The translations under genes and the position numbers were made by a program. Positions 1-10,555 of a stretch of DNA of 64,000 nt are shown piece after piece; within the stretch, counting starts at the first letter, position 1, and every line of letters starts with the position of its first letter. Under the pieces are notes generated by a model. That model was given only the letters and a program-made list of their open reading frames with translations. It did no database searches and had not been told where the DNA came from. Source of the stretch: an uncultured Candidatus Saccharibacteria bacterium (GTDB taxonomy: Bacteria > Patescibacteriota > Minisyncoccia > Phycocordibacterales > Zambryskibacteraceae); the NCBI GenBank assembly GCA_964618905.1, contig CAZUDK010000001.1, positions 92,614 to 156,613 on the forward strand, written 5' to 3'.

Positions 1-1364
<1,364 letters not shown>

Positions 1365-1377
1365 TTACTTGAAACTA

Positions 1378-1809
1378 CTAGTAAGTAACCTTAACAGCTC
1401 TTTCAACTCGCCGCGGATTGCTTGAATCGCAAGTATTATAACCGAAGGATTGAATCTGCGTGGAATTATCTGCAGATTTCGTAACTACTACTCTTGTGCA
1501 ATATGGGTCTGGCGAGAAGTCGAAAGTGAACTCAGACGGAGAATCACCACCAACTGTAATAGTCTGGTCATTGCAAATAATCTCAGATGAAGTGGAGGTT
1601 GAGAAAGCGCTAAAGCCCGTCGGGTTCGACACATCCCAATACAGAGCACATTCCACGCCTGTGTCTGCTGCATAAAAAGCATTCTGAGATTCCCGAGCGG
1701 CAGAATAAATCTTGGATGACTTAACAGCCAGTCCGATTATGCCGGTGGCGACCAAAAGCAAAGTGCCTGTCGTTACTATTGCTATAAATAATGTGAATCC
1801 TTTATTCAT
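1378..1809 (-). CDS. PilX-like minor pilin / pilus assembly protein
   Basis: KGFTLFIAI N-terminus without E5; AFYAADTGVECA motif; last gene of the pilin cluster. Confidence 0.75.
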   Translation of the reverse strand: MNKGFTLFIAIVTTGTLLLVATGIIGLAVKSSKIYSAARESQNAFYAADTGVECALYWDVSNPTGFSAFSTSTSSEIICNDQTITVGGDSPSEFTFDFSPDPYCTRVVVTKSADNSTQIQSFGYNTCDSSNPRRVERAVKVTY

Positions 1810-1815
1810 ATTGTT

Positions 1816-2337
1816 TTATTGCCAATCAAGAATATTCTCTTTAACTTTAAATTCCCTATCTATAATTCCTTTGTGCCAACTGACTGTAACCAGCATCGAT
1901 ATTTCCTTGCTGTCTACACTGGTTAAAGTTACTTCCCTCTTGAAAGGAGTCTCGTCCCATGAGCTGTCATAACCGAAGAATCCTGTCTCTTGATTCTGTC
2001 TGAGAAACGGGCAGTTATCTCCAGAGCAAGTGGTTATAGAATTTTCCAGCGCGTCCACTCTGCAAACTTTGCCAAAGTAACACGGGTCTGAAGAAGAATC
2101 AGATATACCATAGAGCCAATCCCTGCCGTTAAGGCCGTTCTCATCGCGCATATTTCTAATCTGCTCGACCGCTTCTTGAGCCAGATAAAATGCTGTTACT
2201 TCATCTTTTGACAAGATAGATAAAGAGAGACCTTTCTGGGCTGCCGTAGAAGCACCGATAACAGCTGTCACCAATATAGCTATGGCCACCAAAGTTTCTA
2301 CCAGAGTAAAACCTGTTGTATTTTTTTTCTTCTTCAT
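1816..2337 (-). CDS. minor pilin (PilV-like), prepilin N-methylation motif
   Basis: GFTLVETLVAIAIL class III signal; AFYLAQEAVEQIRN. Confidence 0.85.
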   Translation of the reverse strand: MKKKKNTTGFTLVETLVAIAILVTAVIGASTAAQKGLSLSILSKDEVTAFYLAQEAVEQIRNMRDENGLNGRDWLYGISDSSSDPCYFGKVCRVDALENSITTCSGDNCPFLRQNQETGFFGYDSSWDETPFKREVTLTSVDSKEISMLVTVSWHKGIIDREFKVKENILDWQ

Positions 2338-2338
2338 A

Positions 2339-2893
2339 TTAATTATCTAATACTCTCTGAGATACAAGAGTCTGGAGAGTAAACTCAGATTGACTGTTTT
2401 CATCCGACCCGGCCTGGCCGCTGACCTTTATGAAAACTTTAGGCTGCAAAGCTGGAGACTGAGAACCGGCTCCGAGCACATAAAAGCTCAAATCTTCGAT
2501 AACCACTTCTCCTCCCGTAACAGCAGCAAAGCTTGTGCCACCATCTGTTGATTTTTCTATCGTATCATCTGAAAGTCTGTAGACTATCTGCTCGTCATCA
2601 CTGGATAGGAAACTGACATAATCATCCCCAGAAGGGCAGTTCTGCGGAGAAGTTATAGTTCCGGAAGATCCGCAGTGATAATTCTCTCCAAAACGCATTT
2701 CGCGCGCCATAGATTCCATAGCTAAATTAACATTAGACATGACTGCTTTAAGGGAACGAGATTTTCTATTCAGATCAAAGATTCCCAAGATAGATCCCAT
2801 ACTTACTGTCATTATCAGCATGAATAAAGACATGGATGTTATCAATTCCACCAGCGTAAAGCCTCCTGTTCCTTTTAATTTTATCTGCTTCAT
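2339..2893 (-). CDS. minor pilin (PilW-like)
   Basis: GFTLVELITSM class III signal. Confidence 0.85.
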   Translation of the reverse strand: MKQIKLKGTGGFTLVELITSMSLFMLIMTVSMGSILGIFDLNRKSRSLKAVMSNVNLAMESMAREMRFGENYHCGSSGTITSPQNCPSGDDYVSFLSSDDEQIVYRLSDDTIEKSTDGGTSFAAVTGGEVVIEDLSFYVLGAGSQSPALQPKVFIKVSGQAGSDENSQSEFTLQTLVSQRVLDN

Positions 2894-3582
2894 TGTACTG
2901 ATATGTATCCAGTCTTATAAACCGACACCGACCTTTCAAGGTCTGACAGAGAAGAAAGCTTTATTTTGGCACCTTTGACATTCGACGGCGAAATTTGGGA
3001 ACCGGAGCTATTAAAGAATTTCAAGTTAGCAGTTGTATTAGGTCTTATGAAAGTAACAGCAAGACGCCCTATATTACAGTCCTCGCTATCATCAGTATGT
3101 ATGACACAAAGAGAGTCTATGGTATTGCCATTCGAAATAGCTGTCTTTTCAAGACATTCTGAGGAATCGTCTACAGGACACGACCAGTCATCTTCATATT
3201 CCCTATCATCATCCAAATCCACAAAGAACACATAAGAATCATCTGCACCTCCGGCGCCACTTAAACGAAATTCTACACCGTATGCCGAATTGAAATCGCT
3301 CGAATCCGGAGCTGTCTGCCTGACACTGACTCCATATATCTGAGCTTGAGATATGGAAAGACTAATGTCCTCAGCAAGATTAGAAAGAGAAGCACCTTCT
3401 GTGTAGGTGTGCTGATTAGAGAGGACGACAGATGAGATGATAGCTACTATCGACAGCGAAATCAGCATTTCAGGAAGAGTAAAACCGCCTCGCCTTAAGC
3501 TAGCCGAGGCGGATCCCTTTGACTCGCTTTGCTCTCTTAGGGTAGTCAACCTTTTTTTGTTTTTAGAAAAAAGTCGATACAT
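2890..3582 (-). CDS. minor pilin (FimT/GspH-like) with unusually long leader
   Basis: GFTLPEMLISL class III signal preceded by a 33-aa leader containing palindromic inserts. Confidence 0.85.
   Translation of the reverse strand: MYRLFSKNKKRLTTLREQSESKGSASASLRRGGFTLPEMLISLSIVAIISSVVLSNQHTYTEGASLSNLAEDISLSISQAQIYGVSVRQTAPDSSDFNSAYGVEFRLSGAGGADDSYVFFVDLDDDREYEDDWSCPVDDSSECLEKTAISNGNTIDSLCVIHTDDSEDCNIGRLAVTFIRPNTTANLKFFNSSGSQISPSNVKGAKIKLSSLSDLERSVSVYKTGYISVQ
3484..3544. repeat. two tandem palindromic elements in frame in the prepilin leader
   Basis: ccgcctcg-ccttaagctagc-cgaggcgg (3485-3512) next to ccctttgactcgctttgctctcttagggta (3515-3544). Confidence 0.7.
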
Positions 3583-4348
3583 ATAGAAGGTTTAAATTAA
3601 ATACCAAGCTAAGCCACGCTCCGATTATGAGAAAAGGTCCAAATGGTATCTCGCTCTTCATTGTAAGCTTTTTTCTACCTAGAAGCATCCACACCAATAC
3701 AGTCAAAGTACCGATCCAAAAAGCCAGTACGACCGCAGAGAAAGCTTTTTCGGCCCCAAGAAGAATACCGATAGACAATGCCAACTTAGCATCCCCAAAA
3801 CCCATCGCCCTTCCTCTTGAGATGAGCCAAATAAAAGCAAAGAAAGAAAACAGCACAGGGCCAGCAAGAAGATCAACTAAAGAATAATGAATCAAAAAAG
3901 CCGGCAGACCAAGAGCCAGTATGATGCTCGCATAAACCAATCCGTCTGAAATGATCCGATGCTTTAGATCATATATAAAAATAACTATGTATATTGAAAA
4001 AACTGCTAAATATAAAAGAGTTGAAAGAGCAAAAGCCCAACTAAATTCCCTATAAATTGAAAGCTGGTGATTGAAGACAGATGCAAATACCAATCCGGTC
4101 AGTATCTCTATAGCAGGATACTGCCAAGACAGTCTTGATTTACAAGACCGGCATCTGGCTCCAAGAGCAAAGAAGCTCACAATAGGTACAAGCTCCCACC
4201 ACCTAAGCTGTTTGCTGCACGAGAAGCAATATGACCTTCCAGAGAATATGGACTTAGAACCCCACCTTAGGCCGACTACGTTAACGAAACTGCCAACAAT
4301 GGCGCCTAGGAGAAAAAGAGAGAAAGATGTGATTAAGATGCTGGACAC
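3563..4348 (-). CDS. pilD: prepilin peptidase (A24)
   Basis: GSFVNV, two CxxC pairs, YDLKH and GFGDAKL aspartates, IPFGPFL. Confidence 0.95.
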   Translation of the reverse strand: MSSILITSFSLFLLGAIVGSFVNVVGLRWGSKSIFSGRSYCFSCSKQLRWWELVPIVSFFALGARCRSCKSRLSWQYPAIEILTGLVFASVFNHQLSIYREFSWAFALSTLLYLAVFSIYIVIFIYDLKHRIISDGLVYASIILALGLPAFLIHYSLVDLLAGPVLFSFFAFIWLISRGRAMGFGDAKLALSIGILLGAEKAFSAVVLAFWIGTLTVLVWMLLGRKKLTMKSEIPFGPFLIIGAWLSLVFNLNLLYVSTFF

Positions 4349-4794
4349 ACAGTAGCGCCTGCGGCTGGTGCACTAGCAATCTTCCTTGAAGCACCGAGAG
4401 AATCCACACACCAGTATCCACCTACGAAAGGCAGAGCAGCATGGACTTGATAAGCTGTTGCGCTTGATACACAACCGATAGTTCCAACTCCTGCAGGATA
4501 ATTATCCTCATCAAGATACTGGTCTAAGCCGGATGCATCACCTGCGCTAACGCTGCACATGCTTGTGTATGAGTTTGGCGATTGGTTTGAATAGTAAATC
4601 TCTGCGGCACCTCGGAGTGAGGAGAGCTGAGCTTGAACCTTAGCATCGTTACCTTTACCTCTAGCTGAGTTAAGAGAAGCAAGGACAACTGAAGAGAGCA
4701 CACCGATAATAGCTACCACCACCAGAAGTTCTATAAGGGTGAAACCTGCCTGCAGGTGGGTAGAATTTTTTTCTCTGTTTTTTAACATAGTCAT
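4333..4794 (-). CDS. pilA: major type IV pilin
   Basis: GFTLIELLVVVAIIGVLSSVVLASLNSAR; start moved to ATG at 4794 (4788 also possible). Confidence 0.85.
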   Translation of the reverse strand: MTMLKNREKNSTHLQAGFTLIELLVVVAIIGVLSSVVLASLNSARGKGNDAKVQAQLSSLRGAAEIYYSNQSPNSYTSMCSVSAGDASGLDQYLDEDNYPAGVGTIGCVSSATAYQVHAALPFVGGYWCVDSLGASRKIASAPAAGATVCPAS

Positions 4795-4828
4795 ATTAAC
4801 TTTAATTGAGTTACCCTTTAAGTATACC

Positions 4829-6037
4829 TTAAAAGCCCGATGAGTTTGCAATGTTGTAAATGGGGATAAGAACAGAAGCTAGGAGGACACCTACACCAAG
4901 TCCCAAAGCCACGATCATCACAGGTTCAATAAGGCTGACCATGGTATCGACAGCATTAACGACTTCCCTTTGGTAGAAATGAGCCATGGTTTTTAAAATT
5001 TTGCCAACTTCTCCGGATTCCTCGCCCACGCGTATCATCTGGACAAGCACGCTTGGCACATCTTCATATTGAGACAAAGATTGTGAAAACGAGCTACCAC
5101 TCTTAACGGCTATAGCACTCTTCTCCAGCATGTCTTTATATACAATATTATCCACCACTGATGCGGTTATCTCTATAGCTCTTGCCATAGGGATACCCGA
5201 CAAAAGCATGGTGTTCATGTTGTCAGCTATCACTGACAAATAAAGCTTTTTGTATAGATCACCGACATAAGGCACTGTAAGTTTGAACCTTGCGAAAGCG
5301 ATCTTGCCTTCATCGGTGCGGATATACCTAATCAGAAGAACAACGGCAACTATGACTGCCGCAAGCAGGATTGCTCCGTAATCTACGAACAAATCGCTTA
5401 TGCTGAAGACAATTTTCGTATAAACAGGTATGGGCGCGTCTGATTCTTTAAGAATGACGCTTATTTTAGGCACAATAAAAGTGAACATCACTATCATCAC
5501 ACCAAAGAAAACCGTTATAACAAACGCAGGATATATAAGGGCATTCTTTGCTTTAGATATAACCTCATAGCTTCTATCCAAGTGATCCGCCAGATAATCA
5601 AAGGTTTCATTTAGTTTGCCCGATTCTTCTCCGGCCTTGACCATGTTTACATAAAATTCAGAGAAGATATCAGGATGCTTTGCCAAAGCCTTGGATATCG
5701 AACTCCCGCCCTGAAGGTCTTCAGTAACCTCCTGGAGGTTCTTGCGCAATACTTCATTCTCGACTTCGCCGGAGAGCAGGCTGAAGACCTTCAGGGCTGG
5801 AACCTCCGCTTCAAAGAGCGTGGCCATCTGCCTTGAGAGCATCACCACATCTTTATTCGACACTCCTGAACCGAATCTAATGCTAGTGAGCCAGGACTCT
5901 TTCTCTTGCGGTTCGATTTCTGAAATGATCAATCCTCTCTTCTGCAGAGCATTTATAGCCACGTCCATCGAAACCGCTTCGATAGAACCTTCCTTTCTGG
6001 CTCCTGAATTCTCTAAAGCTTTGTAGTTAAATAGCAT
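4829..6037 (-). CDS. pilC: type IV pilus inner-membrane platform protein (GspF family)
   Basis: GEESGKL repeats, ALIYP, IEP motifs. Confidence 0.95.
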   Translation of the reverse strand: MLFNYKALENSGARKEGSIEAVSMDVAINALQKRGLIISEIEPQEKESWLTSIRFGSGVSNKDVVMLSRQMATLFEAEVPALKVFSLLSGEVENEVLRKNLQEVTEDLQGGSSISKALAKHPDIFSEFYVNMVKAGEESGKLNETFDYLADHLDRSYEVISKAKNALIYPAFVITVFFGVMIVMFTFIVPKISVILKESDAPIPVYTKIVFSISDLFVDYGAILLAAVIVAVVLLIRYIRTDEGKIAFARFKLTVPYVGDLYKKLYLSVIADNMNTMLLSGIPMARAIEITASVVDNIVYKDMLEKSAIAVKSGSSFSQSLSQYEDVPSVLVQMIRVGEESGEVGKILKTMAHFYQREVVNAVDTMVSLIEPVMIVALGLGVGVLLASVLIPIYNIANSSGF

Positions 6038-6064
6038 GATCTTTGTTTATAATTCTCTTCCTTT

Positions 6065-7165
6065 CTACATCATCTTCTCTAAAGTTCGCGGATTGGCTGA
6101 ATACAGCATGGCATTCTCTGCAGTAATTTCCCCTGAACGCACCAAATTCGCCAAGCATCTGTTTAAGTCTATCATGCCCAACTGAGAACTCGTCTCTATA
6201 ACAGAATCTATTTCCTGCGTGCGCCGATCTCTTATGAGGTTTGATATAGCACTGTTATTTATCAGAAGCTCATAAGCCGGTATCAGCCCTCCGGATATCC
6301 TTGGTACAAGCCTTTGCGAGAAAATTCCCAAAAGACTTGAAGAGAGCTGGAGCCGGATTTGGCTTTGCTGATCTGCCGGGAAAGAGTCAATAATGCGGTC
6401 CACTGTTTGGCCGGCAGTGTTGGTGTGAAGTGTAGAGAGGACGAGGTGTCCGGTTTCTGCAGCCGTAACGGAAGCTGATATTGTTTCAGGATCGCGCATC
6501 TCCCCTATCATCAAAACATCGGCATCCTGACGGAACATGCCTCTGAGAGCAGTGTGAAAATCCGGAGTATCAATCTTGACTTCTCTCTGATCGATAATGG
6601 ACTTCTTAGGTTCGAATATATATTCAATCGGATCTTCGATAGTGATGATATGCTCAAGTCTTTCAGTATTAATACTCTCAACCAAAGATGCCAAAGTGGT
6701 AGACTTACCGTGGCCGGCTGGCCCAACCACCAAGAAAAATCCTTGCTGCCGCTTGGCAAAAGTTTCAAGAATCGGAGGCAAGTTAAGCTCTTCGAATGTC
6801 TTTATGCGAGAAGGTACAAGCCTCAGAGCGATATTCATTTTACCGATGGCAAGATAGGCATTGCCGCGGAAGCGGCCCCCGCCCGACCGGACGGTCGTTC
6901 GGGCGGATTTATCCAAATGGCTGTAAGCAAAGTTGACTTCTTTTTCTCCGGCTAGCTCAGCTTTTTTCTCCGGTGTAAGAAAGATTGCCAAGAGAGTATC
7001 CATATCCTGCTTGGTCAGGGCAGGCATTTTTATAATAGGCACTAAAAATCCCGATACTCTTATAACCGGAGGCTTGCCTTCAGAAAGATGGAGATCTGAA
7101 GCACTCTCTTTTATAACTATATCGACGAGCTGGTCTAAAAGATCTGACTTAGGTACTTGTTCCAT
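6065..7165 (-). CDS. pilT: twitching motility retraction ATPase
   Basis: ASDLHL, GPAGHGKST, TIEDPIE, GEMRD, AAETGHLVLSTLHT. Confidence 0.95.
   Translation of the reverse strand: MEQVPKSDLLDQLVDIVIKESASDLHLSEGKPPVIRVSGFLVPIIKMPALTKQDMDTLLAIFLTPEKKAELAGEKEVNFAYSHLDKSARTTVRSGGGRFRGNAYLAIGKMNIALRLVPSRIKTFEELNLPPILETFAKRQQGFFLVVGPAGHGKSTTLASLVESINTERLEHIITIEDPIEYIFEPKKSIIDQREVKIDTPDFHTALRGMFRQDADVLMIGEMRDPETISASVTAAETGHLVLSTLHTNTAGQTVDRIIDSFPADQQSQIRLQLSSSLLGIFSQRLVPRISGGLIPAYELLINNSAISNLIRDRRTQEIDSVIETSSQLGMIDLNRCLANLVRSGEITAENAMLYSANPRTLEKMM
6878..6907. repeat. 30-nt palindromic element in frame in pilT
   Basis: ccgcccga-ccggacggtcgt-tcgggcgg; encodes SARTTVRSGG just before GRFRGN. Confidence 0.75.
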
Positions 7166-7172
7166 ATTTCTA

Positions 7173-8885
7173 TTATAAAGTATTTACATCTTCAAACGGA
7201 ATCATTTTGTTGAAAGCTTTTATCAAGGCATCCTCTTTCATAGTCAGCATGCCTTTAGAACGGGCAACTTTATAAAGTTCCTGGTCAGAAGAATTTTCAT
7301 TGAGAATAACTGATTCAATATCCTTATCCATAGGCAAAACTTCCATGACAGCCATTCGGCCTGAAAGTCCGTTCGGACAATCAGGTGTAGGAGATGGCTC
7401 GTACAATTCTTTGCCGATTTTTATCTTGCTTCTGTATTCCTCCGGCAAATCAGAGAATTCTTTGTCTATCATAGCTTTGATAGAACCTTCCACCGGAAAT
7501 GGCTTGCCGCCACCAGGGCAGAGAGTGCGTACCAAGCGTTGTGCTATGGCAAGCTGCAAAGTAGGCGCAATAAGATAAGGGTCCACACCCATGTCTATGA
7601 GTCTGGGGATCACACCTATGGCATTATTGGTGTGAATAGTCGAGAAAACCAAGTGACCAGTAAGAGAAGCTTGAATAGCCAGCTGGGCAGTTTCCTTGTC
7701 ACGAATCTCACCCACCATGATAACATCCGGGTCCTGGCGCAAAGTGGTACGAAGACCTGTAGCGAAAGTGTAATCTATCTCCGGTCTAACTTGGGACTGA
7801 GACACTCCGTCTAAGGTGTATTCAACAGGATCTTCAAGAGACAGAACGTTTCTGTGATCTCGATCCACTTCTCTAAGCATCGAATAAAGAGTAGTGGATT
7901 TTCCTGAACCGGTAGGACCGGAGATCAGGACCAAGCCGTAAGGTCTGCTCAAAGAACCTCTGATCAGTTTAAGATTTCTTTCTGAAAGACCCATCTCATC
8001 GAGCTTTTTAAGTCCCCTCTTCTGGTCAAGAAGTCTCATCACCACTTTCTCGCCGTAATATGTAGGGAATGTCGAAACACGGAAGTCTATCTTGTCGCCA
8101 TTGACTGTGGCAGAGAATCTTCCGTCTTGAGGTTTGCGCTTTTCATCAAGGCGCATGTTGGAGAGAATTTTTATTCTAGCCACAACAGCAGAATGAACCT
8201 TGCTTGGCAAAACCAAAGAAGTATTAAGGACGCCATCCACTCGAAAGCGTACTCTGATATTCTCTCTAGTCGGTTCGATGTGAATGTCTGAAGCATTTCC
8301 CTTGGAAGCATAGCTCAATATCGTAGCTACTATCTTGGTAACGGGCGCATCTTCCACTATCTCGGCTTCTTTTTTTGTTTGTTCTTCCTCTTGTTGATGC
8401 TGGGCAGCTTTTGCAGAAAGCTCAGTATCAAGTTCCGATAGAGCTTTATTGACCTTCCCGGAAAGACCTTTATATCTTTCAAGAGCTGCATTGAAATCGG
8501 TCTCGGTTATCAAGAACAGCTTGTAAGGCATGCCTATTTTGGAAGATATGAAGTTTAATGCGTCCCTCGCTTCTATATCATCAGGATCAACTATGCCGAC
8601 TTCAAGGACTCCATCCTTAACAGCAATAGGCATTATCTTATAGTGCATGGCAGACTCCTCAGGAACATAGTCGAGCACCTTTCCTGGAATTTCCACGTTC
8701 TGAAGACTCATTGTCGGAATATCGAGACCTTCACCTTTGCTCTTTAAAATCTCTTCCGGTGATATGCCTTTGGATATTAGTACTTGTTCTATAGAAAGAC
8801 CGCTGCTTTCGGCTTCAGCTTTAATTTTAGCAACATCATCTGGCTTGATGAGCTTTTTTTCTTGTAAAGTTTCCAGAATGCTCAT
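7173..8885 (-). CDS. pilB: type IV pilus assembly ATPase (GspE/PilB)
   Basis: ASDIHIEP, PQDGR, GPTGSGKST, LRQDPD, GEIRD. Confidence 0.95.
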   Translation of the reverse strand: MSILETLQEKKLIKPDDVAKIKAEAESSGLSIEQVLISKGISPEEILKSKGEGLDIPTMSLQNVEIPGKVLDYVPEESAMHYKIMPIAVKDGVLEVGIVDPDDIEARDALNFISSKIGMPYKLFLITETDFNAALERYKGLSGKVNKALSELDTELSAKAAQHQQEEEQTKKEAEIVEDAPVTKIVATILSYASKGNASDIHIEPTRENIRVRFRVDGVLNTSLVLPSKVHSAVVARIKILSNMRLDEKRKPQDGRFSATVNGDKIDFRVSTFPTYYGEKVVMRLLDQKRGLKKLDEMGLSERNLKLIRGSLSRPYGLVLISGPTGSGKSTTLYSMLREVDRDHRNVLSLEDPVEYTLDGVSQSQVRPEIDYTFATGLRTTLRQDPDVIMVGEIRDKETAQLAIQASLTGHLVFSTIHTNNAIGVIPRLIDMGVDPYLIAPTLQLAIAQRLVRTLCPGGGKPFPVEGSIKAMIDKEFSDLPEEYRSKIKIGKELYEPSPTPDCPNGLSGRMAVMEVLPMDKDIESVILNENSSDQELYKVARSKGMLTMKEDALIKAFNKMIPFEDVNTL

Positions 8886-8890
8886 AGCTA

Positions 8891-9184
8891 CTAATCTCTA
8901 CCTAAAACATCAAATGGGTTAGACCTGCCTACAGGCTGAGAAGGAATTTCAGTACTAAAATCAGATAAAGACCTGTATATAGGAGAAGCAAACAAACTCT
9001 GGTCGAGCTTTGTTTTCTCAAGCCTATCAAGTAATTCAACAAGATCTTTGCCATTTTCTGTATTCGAATCTTCTATCAGAGCTAAATTAGGTCCGTATGT
9101 GTTGTACAGATAAAAACCTGCAGAAAAGAGCAGAACTATAACTATAATGTTTTTATATTTCTTTAGTCCTTTTAAGTCTTTCAT
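8891..9184 (-). CDS. small membrane-anchored pilus protein (PilP position)
   Basis: N-terminal TM helix, C-terminal GRSNPF; lies between pilO and pilB. Confidence 0.65.
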   Translation of the reverse strand: MKDLKGLKKYKNIIVIVLLFSAGFYLYNTYGPNLALIEDSNTENGKDLVELLDRLEKTKLDQSLFASPIYRSLSDFSTEIPSQPVGRSNPFDVLGRD

Positions 9185-9207
9185 GGTTTTGTTGAGAGTT
9201 AATCCGG

Positions 9208-9747
9208 TTATTTAAGCCAATAGGTCTCTATGTTTATTTCAAATTCATAGATACCGCTCTCTGCCGACTTAAAGCTGATTTCCCTGATGTCAGTTATGCG
9301 CAGATTAGACTCTACATCCTGAATAAACTGCATGAAATCAGAATAAGAAGCGATGACGCTAAATGTTACAAGAACCTTGCCGTACGGAGCTGTGGAAGTA
9401 TCGACCACTGAAGTGTTGTTTTCCTTCTCCTCTGTCGATACAGTGAGCTGATTTACCGACACGCCATATTTAGCTCCTATAGTATCGAGATCCATGGCAA
9501 GCCTCACAGTATCAACATTGTCCGGCAGGAGTTTCTTTACATTTTCTATTTCAGTTTCAGGTATTGTCTGGTACTTCTTCAGAAGCTGATCTCTGGCTTT
9601 CTCCAGTGCAGAGATATCTTCTATAACTTCTTTATTTTTATCCACGCTTTCAGCAAGAACCTTTGTGTTTTGGTATTGCGGATTGATAAAAGTATAAAAG
9701 AGTCCGATGGATACCATTATGAGAAGTATAGCTGTGCTTGTTTTCAT
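9208..9747 (-). CDS. pilO: type IV pilus alignment protein PilO
   Basis: TM, coiled coil, KLLP, YSDFMQFIQDVESNLR; operon position. Confidence 0.8.
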   Translation of the reverse strand: MKTSTAILLIMVSIGLFYTFINPQYQNTKVLAESVDKNKEVIEDISALEKARDQLLKKYQTIPETEIENVKKLLPDNVDTVRLAMDLDTIGAKYGVSVNQLTVSTEEKENNTSVVDTSTAPYGKVLVTFSVIASYSDFMQFIQDVESNLRITDIREISFKSAESGIYEFEINIETYWLK

Positions 9748-9748
9748 A

Positions 9749-10471
9749 TCAGTTTTGTTGAGAGGATACAGATTCTCCTAATGTACCGGAGGTTGTAGAA
9801 GCATTCGGCGACAGCAGAGTGGCAGGAGTCACTGTTGCAGCAGAATTAACATTTGCTCCGGTTTCAACTTCAACCACAGGAAGATCTTCTATACTTTTGC
9901 CGTATGATAGAAGTTCCGGATTGATAAGAGCAGTGAAAAGAAAGTTAACATTGCCTTCTTTATCTAAACGCAAGTCTGAAAATACTGGATTTTGAAAATT
10001 TTTGCTTTCATTCAAAATCTCCGACTGCAGAGCAATGGCAGAATATCCAGTTGCCTGGCCTTGGAGCCTCAGCTCCAAGCCGGCTTCTACGGTTTTGAAA
10101 GTCATATCGGTAAATCTTACATTCTTTACAGTAGACTCTTCGAGGAATTTAAAGAATGGTGATATGACTGAGTGATTAGCCAACAAGGTTTTGGTCGAAT
10201 TGAGCCTGTCGTCCATGCGAGTTATCCTCTCTATAACTTCAGGCTGGATTGAATCGCGGGCATTTTCAATATCCTTTCCTAATTGAGAGATCCTGTATTT
10301 AAGATAGAAGTTATATCCAAATACCCCCAAGCTGCCGGCAATAGTAAGGGCAAAAATTATAGAAGCAATGATGCCAAAAAAACTTTTTTTCTTAGAAAAA
10401 GTTGCCGTCGTCTTGCCGGCAGATGCGGCCGGACCTTTGGGAATGAAAGATGATTGAAACTTTGGTTCCAT
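9749..10471 (-). CDS. pilN: type IV pilus alignment protein PilN-like
   Basis: SSFIPK N-terminal motif, TM, coiled coil; follows pilM. Confidence 0.7.
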   Translation of the reverse strand: MEPKFQSSFIPKGPAASAGKTTATFSKKKSFFGIIASIIFALTIAGSLGVFGYNFYLKYRISQLGKDIENARDSIQPEVIERITRMDDRLNSTKTLLANHSVISPFFKFLEESTVKNVRFTDMTFKTVEAGLELRLQGQATGYSAIALQSEILNESKNFQNPVFSDLRLDKEGNVNFLFTALINPELLSYGKSIEDLPVVEVETGANVNSAATVTPATLLSPNASTTSGTLGESVSSQQN

Positions 10472-10555
10472 TCTTTACAAATTATAAAGCAAAAATCGAA
10501 TAACCTGAACAAAATAGTGTTTATAACTTTTCAACCTTAAATAGAAAATGGTTTT

